Shown here one piece after another: positions 1 through 9,300 of a stretch of DNA of 64,000 bases. Numbering within the stretch: position 1 is the first letter of the stretch; every line of letters starts with the position of its first letter. The notes beneath the pieces were generated by a model. It saw only the letters and a program-made list of their open reading frames with translations, was not told where the DNA came from and searched no databases. Made by a program: the position numbers and the translations under genes. The DNA is taken from the NCBI GenBank assembly GCA_019057475.1, contig DXJO01000006.1, forward strand, positions 32,001 through 96,000, in the 5' to 3' direction. Source of the stretch: Candidatus Thorarchaeota archaeon (lineage in GTDB: Archaea > Asgardarchaeota > Thorarchaeia > Thorarchaeales > Thorarchaeaceae).

Positions 1-1303
1 CTTATTTGCTGCGGGCCCTTCACGGAAGGAACTTATGTCCGGCCTTGGGAATCTTGCACAAGCCAGCAGGAAAGATGTCGCCCGATTAAGATTCGACGAG
101 CTCAATAGACGGAAGGTGCTCTTTGATCGAGCATACGCCTTGTCTCACAAGTCCCGATACGAGGAAATCGAGTGGCTCATCCTCAATGCTGATTCCTTCA
201 TCGTTGACAGGGTTTCTTCCGGCACCAGGTCAGTGATTGCTGGTTATCACGAGCTGGAAGACATCGGACTTGATGCCCTAATATCCCATCCTGGTCTCAC
301 AGTAGCCATAAGTCGATTTCAGGATGCTCGAGATGTGCTCACAACCTATGCACGCTATTCCCGCTACGGCTTAGTAGCCAATGATTTCCCTGACCGCGGA
401 ATACAGCCAGAATACGATAGCGTGGATGCTTCCCTTTGGTTCATTATGGGCGTGAGAAGCTACATCAACGCTACTAATGATGTAGAGTTCTTGAGAGGAA
501 TTATCTGGGATACAATGGAGTCAGTGGTCACATCTTTTCGAATGGGAACGAAATTTAACATACATGAAGACTTGGATGGACTCATCTACTCAGGAATTGA
601 GGGGGTTGAGGTTTCATGGATGAACGAGAAAATCGAAAATTGGGTTGCCACACCCCGCATTGGCAAGTGCGTTGAAGTCAACGCATTATGGTATAACGCT
701 CTCATGGCAATGGGCGATATGTCGCAGCTAATGAGCCGAGATCCCTACGAGTATCAAGCCGTTGCGCAGTGGATCCGAGAAGCCTTCGTGCAAACATTTT
801 GGAGTGATGAACTCGGTTATCTGTATGATGTAGTAACCGATGAATCCAATGATAGTTCCTTGAGGCCCAACCAACTCTTTGCACTAAGCCTGCCACATCC
901 TCTTCTTGAAGACCAACAGGCGAAATCTGTGCTCAAGGTTGTGACAGATGAACTGCTAACTCCCTTCGGACTCAGGACGCTCTCACCCAATGACCGCCGA
1001 TTTGCCAGAGCCCTCACAGGGGGGCCTCGAAGCCGTGCCGGGGCGACTCACCAAGGGACTGTGCATCCTTGGTTGATTGGTCCGTTCATCTCTGCGTACC
1101 TCACGGTGAATGGCCGGACTGAAGAGAACAAGAAATATTGCGAGGAAAAGTTCTTCAAACCAGTTCTTGATGCTGTACGTAGAGGGTGCTTGGGCACTGT
1201 GTCAGGTATGTTCGATGCGTCCAAGCCTCACAGAGATCGCGGTGTCGTATCCAGAGCAAGGAACATCGCTGAGCTGCTGCGAGTGTACTTTGAAGAGCTG
1301 TAG
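1..1303 (+). CDS. Amylo-alpha-1,6-glucosidase / glycogen debranching enzyme C-terminal family protein, 5'-truncated by window; catalytic motifs look degenerate
   Basis: Family motifs SVIAGYH, YDSVDASLWF, TPRIGKCVEVNALWYNAL, LRPNQLFALSL, LLTPFGLRTLSP, HQGTV; frame is open from position 2 to the ATG at 35. Confidence 0.8.
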   Translation, partial: LFAAGPSRKELMSGLGNLAQASRKDVARLRFDELNRRKVLFDRAYALSHKSRYEEIEWLILNADSFIVDRVSSGTRSVIAGYHELEDIGLDALISHPGLTVAISRFQDARDVLTTYARYSRYGLVANDFPDRGIQPEYDSVDASLWFIMGVRSYINATNDVEFLRGIIWDTMESVVTSFRMGTKFNIHEDLDGLIYSGIEGVEVSWMNEKIENWVATPRIGKCVEVNALWYNALMAMGDMSQLMSRDPYEYQAVAQWIREAFVQTFWSDELGYLYDVVTDESNDSSLRPNQLFALSLPHPLLEDQQAKSVLKVVTDELLTPFGLRTLSPNDRRFARALTGGPRSRAGATHQGTVHPWLIGPFISAYLTVNGRTEENKKYCEEKFFKPVLDAVRRGCLGTVSGMFDASKPHRDRGVVSRARNIAELLRVYFEEL

Positions 1304-1544
1304 GGCAGCTTAGAGATACGCCGTAGCTTAATATGGGAAAATGGAGGATACAACTGTGCAGTTTGTCGGTTTTTTTCATTACGGGTAGCTAGGATTGACC
1401 CATAATGAACGCGCCATATGAGCTAATGCATGTTCCTCACGGAAGTCGGCCTTTGAATGTCGGTCGAAGCACCGTTTCACGACAGTGTGGACGCTGTGCA
1501 TCTAGAGGTTTGCACGCTGGGCTCACGGCGAGGTGAAATATAAC

Positions 1545-4500
1545 ATGAAGAAAGTAACAACATTGCTCGTTGTCACGATGATCTTGTGCGGCGTTGCTGC
1601 CATGGCTGGATTGGCCAGCGCACAGACGAGCGAAGACCCCTACATTCGAGTTGCGTGGGAAACTGTGTCTGAAACGCACAATTTCACACACAGCGAACAG
1701 AACTCTCAATGGGTCTTCGGTCCGCAGCCGTCCATATGGATCGAATATGCTGACAACAGCACTAACATCAAGGAAAACCACTATCTTGTGGAAAACGGAA
1801 CAGACTTGCTTGTAAACATCATCATTCCTAAGTCCTTCTTGGGCATAGGAAATGAATTGGATACAGTGCAATTCTGGGCTTCAACTTATCGTCCTAGGTC
1901 TCCACTATTCGTGCTGCAGTACAACGCTACCGCATACGATTGGGATATTCTTAGTTTCTATTACGAACCCGGAAGTGAAGAACCTACATCAGCTGATTTT
2001 GTAAGCTTGGACGTTGATGCCAGCAGCTACACAGACAACGACACCGAGGGAAGTGAACAATACGAACTTATCTTCGCGATAGTCTTCGAGGAAGAAATCG
2101 TGACCGATGTGTTCTGGACCGGCTTGAATGCCATTGACACCGACGGTCACCCTGTATCTCCATCTTGGCTCGCTGCGTTGGATGGCGGCTTTCCGTCACC
2201 ACCAATAGGGCTGGGCACAGCTGTGAGTCCACGAGACTTCTCGCTCCCAGACTACTACTATGGAGATATCATTGATCCCTCTGGTGATATCGTGCACTAC
2301 GTTGCAGAGAATGATACATTCATCGTCCGACTCAGGTCTTCGGCCGAGTTTGGGGAGATTGTCATTCCATTTGCCATTCTTACATGGGATGAGAACTACA
2401 TCCAGAATATCACGATTACAATGCCGGTGGGCGACCTCGAGGAGAGCATGTGGGACTTCAATACTGAATGGGAAACGGTGGAATATCCGCATCCAGCGAT
2501 GATGTTCCTAAAGTTCAACGCAACCGACACATATGTGCTTGGAGGCTATCCAGACATAAGCTGGAGCTGGACAGAGCTTGAGCCTGGAATCGGTGTATGG
2601 CTGCCTCGGTTCGATATTCTCGAGAACGATACAATTGATGTCAGCAAGTACTTCGTCGTAGATTATGAAAATACGCATGAGTATGATGAGGGACACCGCG
2701 TCGAGTGGCGTGGTTACTTCACAAACAACACCGACATGAACCCCAGTCCATTGGAGGACGGTGCAATCATCACCCCTGAAATGAGTCTCGCCTTGGTCCT
2801 CGATACCGATGGTAATCCCATAGCGCCGAGACCAGAGATTGCTCAGAAGCAGACGATGAAGCTGGCGTACAAGAAGGGTTTCATAGAGGCCTTCGTATAC
2901 GACCTCATCGGCGATATCGCGTCGACAGCTATGCAGGGCGAACAACTGAATATGACGATGCTGGTCCATATGCCGTATGAAGCCATTAATGGATCATCGA
3001 TCTTTCCTGGTGGCTTCAATATCACTGAAGGAGTCCCTGGATTCTTGAATGTGACCCGCGAACTCGCCAACTTCTCGATAGTTGTTTCAGGCGGTGGAGG
3101 TGGGTCGAATGAAACCCACTACTGGCACAGCGGAGTGGCTTTCGGAATGCTTCTCGATTTCGAGACAGGCACCAATACTACTTGGACTTGGTTGGTTGTC
3201 CGAATCTACGAGCGAGGGGTTGGGCTTAACTATAGTCACAGTGAGCTGCTCCGTGGTGACGATGCCTTGTGGCATGTTTCGGACTTTTGCATTGAACTTG
3301 GTGAGGCCCTTTCAATTTTGAAGGTTGACTTCAAGTTCGACGAGGATGCTCCGGACATAGTTCTTGATAGTTCAACACTGAAGGTGGGATACAATCAGGA
3401 GATTGCCATCTGGAACGGTACTCATAACCTCTCCGGCGAGGAATGGCCCGTGCATCAGACAATCATAGAGGATCTCTCCGGAGATACCCTCTGGAGTCCG
3501 CGCAATCTAAGGCTTGGCGACGTGGATGTATGGATGCCGGAGATTTGGACTGTCACTGAGGACGGAGCCATTGACTTGGACGGTAACACGTACACAACCG
3601 AGGACCAGTACTTTGTGAAGCGGACAGGCTTCTGGGAGGACTGGGGCAATCTCACCACTGAAGGCATGGCTGTGGTCGTACTGTTCGATCCATCACCTGA
3701 TGAAGAAGGCGATGAGTTTGTGTCCTGGAACTGGATGGGTGTTCAAGAGCTGAACCTCGGGTTTAGCGCCAATGAAACATTCTACTGGTATCATGCCTCT
3801 GACTACTCGCTGGTTGACTCAGATGAGATGGAGGACATACGTGAAGTGTTATGGGCCGATGAAGACGTACCGACTCCTGGTTACGGATATGTTGCGTGGC
3901 TCTCGGAGTCCCGGACCCTAGATTTGACTGGAATAACTGGACTCGATAGCAACTCATGGAGCAGTACATGGTTGGCGTGGGGTACTCAGCAGGCTTTCTT
4001 GATATCAGTGTCTGATACGACAGTGGTCGCAGCAACATTCAGAGCTCAGTATGCTGGTCTTTTGCTGTTCAATGATATGCCTGGCGGAGCATCTCCGGAT
4101 GCGCCAGACTTTGTCATAGAGAACGGTCGTGTTGTCACGGACGAAGTGACTCATGTCGTGTTGATAGACTCTGTCGAATCCATTGAGATTAGGCAGCCAT
4201 TTGGTGCCACGAATGGAACGGGTGATGTGCGCGTCGACCCTGACACCGAGATCACATTTGGAATCTCGATATACGATGTCGATGTAACTATCTATCCGTT
4301 ACAGATACAGAACTCAGATGGCTTGAGAGGTCCATGGGCCTTCCGAGAGTCATACGAGGGTGCAATGGGACTCAACTCAACAGACTTCGACTATTGGATT
4401 ACTCATGCCAATGTTGATGAGATGGCTTTTGACATCACTTTCAACGCTGATATGGTTGAGTACGACGCAGAAGACCCAACGACATGGAACCACGTTGTCA

Positions 4501-5102
4501 GCTTCAAGGTAGATCAGATCATCGGGAATTGGACTCTGGAAGAATTCGATGACTCGGTGCTCGAGAGCCGTGGTTTAGCAGTGAACTTCTTCGCTGTTCT
4601 TGGCACAGTCGGCAGGACTCAGTACCAAGCTGGTGAAACTCCGGTGACGGATCCCAACGCGGATAGCACTGCAGCATCGTACTATCAGTTCGGTGCGGAC
4701 GACAATCCGTATGCTAACGTTACAATGGGCGGATTGCCTTACACTTGGGGTGGCGACAACTTTGCAACGGAGTACATCTCCGGCTCGTCAACAGCTCCAA
4801 TTGGGGCATTCAGTCTGGCTTACGAGTCTACCTCAGGTGACACTGTAACAGATTGGAACATCGATGCTTCGATGTTGTTCATGACAGCAGGCTACACCAA
4901 TTGGGGTGGTCACGCTGTCCACTGTGACCCTGTGTTTGTGGCATACACCAGCGCTCATCAGACCGGCACTGCGAGCTCGACTACAACGACTACCACAACT
5001 GGACCGACTCCGCCAGATGAAGGCGATGGTCTAATTGTCCTTGTAGGCGGTGCAGTGATACTGATCGTCCTAGTAGTGGTGCTCCTTCGTCGAAGGCGTT
5101 AG
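1545..5102 (+). CDS. Large acidic cell-surface (S-layer-like) glycoprotein with signal peptide and C-terminal membrane anchor
   Basis: GAGGTGA RBS before ATG 1545; MKKVTTLLVVTMILCGVAAMAGLASA signal; D/E-rich with many N-x-S/T; STTTTTTT linker, hydrophobic helix and RRRR tail. Confidence 0.75.
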   Translation: MKKVTTLLVVTMILCGVAAMAGLASAQTSEDPYIRVAWETVSETHNFTHSEQNSQWVFGPQPSIWIEYADNSTNIKENHYLVENGTDLLVNIIIPKSFLGIGNELDTVQFWASTYRPRSPLFVLQYNATAYDWDILSFYYEPGSEEPTSADFVSLDVDASSYTDNDTEGSEQYELIFAIVFEEEIVTDVFWTGLNAIDTDGHPVSPSWLAALDGGFPSPPIGLGTAVSPRDFSLPDYYYGDIIDPSGDIVHYVAENDTFIVRLRSSAEFGEIVIPFAILTWDENYIQNITITMPVGDLEESMWDFNTEWETVEYPHPAMMFLKFNATDTYVLGGYPDISWSWTELEPGIGVWLPRFDILENDTIDVSKYFVVDYENTHEYDEGHRVEWRGYFTNNTDMNPSPLEDGAIITPEMSLALVLDTDGNPIAPRPEIAQKQTMKLAYKKGFIEAFVYDLIGDIASTAMQGEQLNMTMLVHMPYEAINGSSIFPGGFNITEGVPGFLNVTRELANFSIVVSGGGGGSNETHYWHSGVAFGMLLDFETGTNTTWTWLVVRIYERGVGLNYSHSELLRGDDALWHVSDFCIELGEALSILKVDFKFDEDAPDIVLDSSTLKVGYNQEIAIWNGTHNLSGEEWPVHQTIIEDLSGDTLWSPRNLRLGDVDVWMPEIWTVTEDGAIDLDGNTYTTEDQYFVKRTGFWEDWGNLTTEGMAVVVLFDPSPDEEGDEFVSWNWMGVQELNLGFSANETFYWYHASDYSLVDSDEMEDIREVLWADEDVPTPGYGYVAWLSESRTLDLTGITGLDSNSWSSTWLAWGTQQAFLISVSDTTVVAATFRAQYAGLLLFNDMPGGASPDAPDFVIENGRVVTDEVTHVVLIDSVESIEIRQPFGATNGTGDVRVDPDTEITFGISIYDVDVTIYPLQIQNSDGLRGPWAFRESYEGAMGLNSTDFDYWITHANVDEMAFDITFNADMVEYDAEDPTTWNHVVSFKVDQIIGNWTLEEFDDSVLESRGLAVNFFAVLGTVGRTQYQAGETPVTDPNADSTAASYYQFGADDNPYANVTMGGLPYTWGGDNFATEYISGSSTAPIGAFSLAYESTSGDTVTDWNIDASMLFMTAGYTNWGGHAVHCDPVFVAYTSAHQTGTASSTTTTTTTGPTPPDEGDGLIVLVGGAVILIVLVVVLLRRRR

Positions 5103-5111
5103 GTGCATAAG

Positions 5112-5145
5112 GGGATGCTATGGCATCCCTCCCCTCTCTTTTTTT
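5112..5145 (+). terminator. Hairpin plus T-tract after the surface-protein gene
   Basis: GGGATGC-TATG-GCATCCC stem followed by CCCCTCTCTTTTTTT. Confidence 0.6.
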
Positions 5146-5229
5146 CACTTTTCTTCCTTATATTGCTCGACCCAGTTACAGTTCGAATTCATCTGATTCA
5201 TCTGGGATATTGCTCAATGATTGAATCAC

Positions 5230-5814
5230 TCACTCGGGTAGAGTGTCGCTGACTGAGGAAGGCTCAGCCAGGAAGCTGTCATCCGGAGGCATTAGTAACT
5301 CCCACCCCTTCTTCGAGTATTCGTAGGTTGCACATGATGCATGTCCACAGTGCATCCAGTCTTCTATTCTGGGTTTTCCACCTCTCACCAGAGAGAGGAA
5401 CATGGCGCTGAGAAGCGCATCAACGATTACTGCGACACTGTCACCAGTATGTCTGTCGCCAATTACGTTCATGCATTCCCCGAGCCTATGGCGCGCGTCG
5501 AATAATGATTCTCCTGATTTATGGGTGAATTCAGGATCATCCCACATCTTCTTGAGGAGTGTGCCGAGATCTTTGCTCTTACCTTCTCCCAAGGCTACCT
5601 CCTTAAGACACTCCTTAACGTCTACCGGGGCATCGAACTCTCTTCTCAATAGACCCGCCGTTTTCAGGCATATCTCCGCTGGCGAGGAGTAGACTTTCCT
5701 CACGCCAGTGGCGACTCTGGACCTTCCCAGGTCTCCAACCTGGTTCTTGCCCTTCTCTGAAAGGTCATTAGGTTTGTTTGGATCTGGCTCCCCGTGTACG
5801 ATTACATAGACCAT
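5230..5814 (-). CDS. Histidine phosphatase (phosphoglycerate mutase-like) fold protein, degenerate active site
   Basis: VIVHGE, LSEKGKNQ, VYSSP, LKE, GESL motifs; likely start MVYVIVHG at 5814 (track start 5868). Confidence 0.65.
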   Translation of the reverse strand: MVYVIVHGEPDPNKPNDLSEKGKNQVGDLGRSRVATGVRKVYSSPAEICLKTAGLLRREFDAPVDVKECLKEVALGEGKSKDLGTLLKKMWDDPEFTHKSGESLFDARHRLGECMNVIGDRHTGDSVAVIVDALLSAMFLSLVRGGKPRIEDWMHCGHASCATYEYSKKGWELLMPPDDSFLAEPSSVSDTLPE

Positions 5815-6038
5815 GGTCCGTGGAGCTAAGGACTTTCCTATTTCACGCTCTTGAACTAAGTCGAACATGGGATTTCCATCATCCTATTGCTTGTCAAGAC
5901 CCGTTAATTTGACTTTATGTTATACTTCTGTATGCATGAATATGCGTTTCTGTGCCCATGCTCCGCCACTCATCTGAATTTCTATGTTGCAGAAGACCTT
6001 TTTAGGCAATAATTCTCGGTAAGATTTAGGAGCCCGCC

Positions 6039-6725
6039 ATGAGGATTTCAGTTGAGAAAATGAAGAATTTGGATGGCAAGAACTGCGCCATTTGTGGGAA
6101 ATCACTGCTCAAGTACAATAGTGATTTCCTAGCGTACTTGCCGCTGCCAACGGGAAAGAGCGTAAAGGCCAAGCCAGAGCGGTATCACCTTTTCCAGTGT
6201 CCGAACTGTGAGAAGATAGCACACAAGAAGTGCTGGTACAGGCATGGCGATAAGAAAGTAAAGACTGGCATATTCTCCCGCGCTTACCAATTGAAATGCC
6301 CGAATTGTGAACAAATACTATCTGGTAAAAGAGATAAGCGGCGACAATGGATGAAGGGCTACCAGATACCGGGTTATCCTGATGAAGACTTGATTGAAAT
6401 ATTCCTGGGTGACATAAAGACATTCCAAAGCGGTTCCTTTCTAGATAAGATTGGCTCAACGATTGGAGGCATCTTCAAAGCGATTGGCATCGCAGCGCTT
6501 AATGACAGAGAAACAGGTGCCATTGCCAAAGCAGCCGAGCGTGTTGGCATGACAATCTCACAAATCGCACAACAAATCTTCAAAATGGACGTAACGCCTG
6601 CCCAGAGACAAGGCATGGAGGAGCTCAAGTGTCAAAACTGCGGCGCCCCCTTGCCAGTACCTGACCAATTTGTGGAAGCCGTTGTCTGCGCTCACTGTGG
6701 AACCGCACACTTGCTACCTCCGTAA
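6039..6725 (+). CDS. Zinc-finger protein: N-terminal C4HC3 (RING-variant/PHD-like) plus C-terminal zinc ribbon
   Basis: CAIC...CPNCEKIAHKKCW...CPNC and CQNC...CAHC. Confidence 0.6.
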   Translation: MRISVEKMKNLDGKNCAICGKSLLKYNSDFLAYLPLPTGKSVKAKPERYHLFQCPNCEKIAHKKCWYRHGDKKVKTGIFSRAYQLKCPNCEQILSGKRDKRRQWMKGYQIPGYPDEDLIEIFLGDIKTFQSGSFLDKIGSTIGGIFKAIGIAALNDRETGAIAKAAERVGMTISQIAQQIFKMDVTPAQRQGMEELKCQNCGAPLPVPDQFVEAVVCAHCGTAHLLPP

Positions 6726-6818
6726 TGTCGAACCAATTGTCGAACTCGTCCAAGATTCATTAATATGGCTCACCAGCAAAAGTAGAAGAAGCAAGACCTA
6801 TTGGAGATCGGAAATCCT

Positions 6819-7121
6819 ATGCCCGTTTATCTCGAGTACAATGAATCCACCTCGCAATTCTTCGAAACCACAAGGAACATGGCTGACGATGCGATCATCG
6901 TAGTCGTAGATGAATCCCAGAAGAAACTACTCATGTCCGTGCCGACTGGAATTGGCATGATTGCCCGCCGGTCTGCCGAGCGACAGGTCCGCGGAATTTC
7001 AAAGTCAGGATTTATGCTAGGCTCGGGGGGACGTGTGGGACAGAATCACGAGTTGCAGATTGTTGGCGAAGGCGGCCAGCTTCCTGACAGGCTAAGAGAA
7101 AGCCCTAGAGAAGTCTACTAG
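6819..7121 (+). CDS. Small protein, possibly a divergent single gelsolin-like domain
   Basis: About 100 aa; IIVVVDESQKKLLM...ARRSAERQVRGI...LQIVGEGGQLP resembles the gelsolin strand-strand-helix-strand/EG-x-x-P pattern. Confidence 0.4.
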   Translation: MPVYLEYNESTSQFFETTRNMADDAIIVVVDESQKKLLMSVPTGIGMIARRSAERQVRGISKSGFMLGSGGRVGQNHELQIVGEGGQLPDRLRESPREVY

Positions 7122-7237
7122 CTGGTACTTCCAAGCTGTCGAGCCCTGTTGGATGGCTCTATGTTGCTTTTTCACGTCTACCTGTAAGCTAACATTTATA
7201 TCTATGATTAACCATTGTTAACAATGAGGTTTTTCCT

Positions 7238-7912
7238 TTGTTTCAGTGTTGTGAATTGAAGTTCAGTGACATCAAAAATAAAGACGTTACAGACGCTAGC
7301 GGAAAGAAGGTTGGCCGGGTAATCGATTTCATCGTTCGTTTTACAGACAATAGGATTGAGATGAAGTCTGTTATCCTAGGCGGTGGAAGAATAGAAGAGT
7401 TGTTGGAATCCCTTGGTATTCGTCCGGATAAGGACCCGGTTTTCCAGCTGGACTGCATTGATTCGATATCAGATGTTATCCATCTAAAGGTCGATGTGGA
7501 CACTCTCAAGACCACCTTGGACCCTAATGCGATGGAGGATGGCGACATGAAGATGTCCGAGCTTGCCAAGCTAAAGGTAGTTGACTCAGACGGATTCAAT
7601 GTTGGGAACGTCACGGATGTCTGGTTCGATGAAAACACCAAGCCTTGGCTTCTGATTGGCGGTGGCTTCATTGAAGAAACCCTTGAGAAGTTAGGTGCTC
7701 AGCCTGACATTGACTTACTTGTACCTGAGGAGTTTATCTCGGAAATTCGAGAGAAAGAAATCTGTCTGAAGTGGACACGATTCCAGCTAAAGGCTACTTG
7801 CGAAGAAGATTACGCAAAGTACAAGCATGAATTGGAATCTCGAGCAGAACCTGGCGACGCCCGGTCTACAATGATAAAGCTAATCTCGCACCCGTCCCGT
7901 GGTCGCATTTAG
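7238..7912 (+). CDS. Tandem PRC-barrel domain protein
   Basis: Two repeats (FSDIKNKDVTDASGKKVGRVIDF / MSELAKLKVVDSDGFNVGNVTDV), each followed by GGGxIEExLExLG; GAGGT RBS before TTG. Confidence 0.75.
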   Translation: MFQCCELKFSDIKNKDVTDASGKKVGRVIDFIVRFTDNRIEMKSVILGGGRIEELLESLGIRPDKDPVFQLDCIDSISDVIHLKVDVDTLKTTLDPNAMEDGDMKMSELAKLKVVDSDGFNVGNVTDVWFDENTKPWLLIGGGFIEETLEKLGAQPDIDLLVPEEFISEIREKEICLKWTRFQLKATCEEDYAKYKHELESRAEPGDARSTMIKLISHPSRGRI

Positions 7913-7936
7913 ACTGATCTGCGCCATTAATTTCGA

Positions 7937-9145
7937 TTAGAAGTCCTCTATCATTGAAGGAGGTTCACGCGGGAACCAACTGGCCAGTAGTTCCACGGAC
8001 TTGCTGTCCAGACTAGTGCATAAGCCAAGAGGCTCTAGGTCGTTCGGCCACATTACTCCAAACACTAGTGCACTCAGGCCGCCAATCGACATCTTGATGG
8101 ATGATGCTACGTTTCCGAGGGCCTCAGCTTTCAGACTACCACCCTCCCCGACCAATCGATACGACTGGTTGTTCCACGGGCAGTGTGTATCTTTAACCTT
8201 GATTGTGAGCTCGCCATCAGATGTTGCGGGAAGTCCTTCAACGCTTTTCTCCACATCAACAAGTCTAGCCATGTAGACCACGAGTCGAGCTTCAATAGTT
8301 GGCGGATTAACGCTTGTGAACCAAAAATGATAGTCAATCTCGCTGGGATGCACAGGCATCTTGATTTTTATAATCTGATCATCGTGCATGTGCAAGAAAT
8401 GAAATAGAGCACTCCGCGCCTCGTGGCTCAGCCAGTATTTTTCCCTTATGCGCATTGTTCCCCAGTCATCTTCTTTGCCATATGTTCCATAGCCCTTAAT
8501 GGCATAGACCAATGCGCCTCTAGGCTCATCTTCTCGGTCAAATGCGACTGCAATCGAGCTTTTCTTGCTCAAATTGATGCTCATTTCTTTCCAGCGTTTT
8601 TCACTTCTTCGAACACCGCCGTGAGTCGATTCAACTGACTCCTTGTGAATTGTTTTCAGATGGGTGAACCCTTGCGAGAATTCCATGCGCTCAACATGGT
8701 ATCCAGCAGGGAGGTCCCATCTTCTGAGTCGATCCAAGTTGACCGTCATCCCGCGTATGGGCGTGCAAGACACATACTCAAGACGACTGTAAAACTCATC
8801 CTTGAAGGGATAAAGCACGCTTGTTGCGTATCCGTCGTTGTGCATCTCCTTGAACATATACTTCATCAGTTCCCGGATATGTCCTTGGCGTCGCGTTTCG
8901 GGAGCGCTTGTGATCTCTGCGATCCCACCCATCTTTTTCCAGACTTGGCGAGTGTTTTGCTCGAATGGAAGGAGGCGACTATTGGCAATCACCTTTCCAT
9001 TTTCTTCAAGCGTGAGATACTCATCATAGGTGAGGTCCATTACTTCCTTGAAACCTGGACGAGGCTCTGTGCCCTGCCCGTAGGAATACATTGCCAGCTT
9101 CATCACGTCATCGATTTCGTCCGAAGTTGTGCGGCGTATCTTCAT
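7937..9145 (-). CDS. Eis-like GNAT acetyltransferase with C-terminal SCP2-like domain
   Basis: MGGIAEITSAPETRRQGH, SVLYPF, FYSRLEY, YMARLVDVEK, VKDTHCPWN. Confidence 0.8.
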   Translation of the reverse strand: MKIRRTTSDEIDDVMKLAMYSYGQGTEPRPGFKEVMDLTYDEYLTLEENGKVIANSRLLPFEQNTRQVWKKMGGIAEITSAPETRRQGHIRELMKYMFKEMHNDGYATSVLYPFKDEFYSRLEYVSCTPIRGMTVNLDRLRRWDLPAGYHVERMEFSQGFTHLKTIHKESVESTHGGVRRSEKRWKEMSINLSKKSSIAVAFDREDEPRGALVYAIKGYGTYGKEDDWGTMRIREKYWLSHEARSALFHFLHMHDDQIIKIKMPVHPSEIDYHFWFTSVNPPTIEARLVVYMARLVDVEKSVEGLPATSDGELTIKVKDTHCPWNNQSYRLVGEGGSLKAEALGNVASSIKMSIGGLSALVFGVMWPNDLEPLGLCTSLDSKSVELLASWFPREPPSMIEDF

Positions 9146-9300
9146 TCTCTTTGCCTCTCATTGGGGTCTGTAGTCTTCTCTCTCTAAAACGTGTCTATCG
9201 AAGTAGATGAGGATTGATGTTTGCCATTCAACAGAGATTCAGCGGAATGGGCAGACAGCCATTCGTCCTGCCTAAAGCTCTTACACGTTCCCATAGGCAG

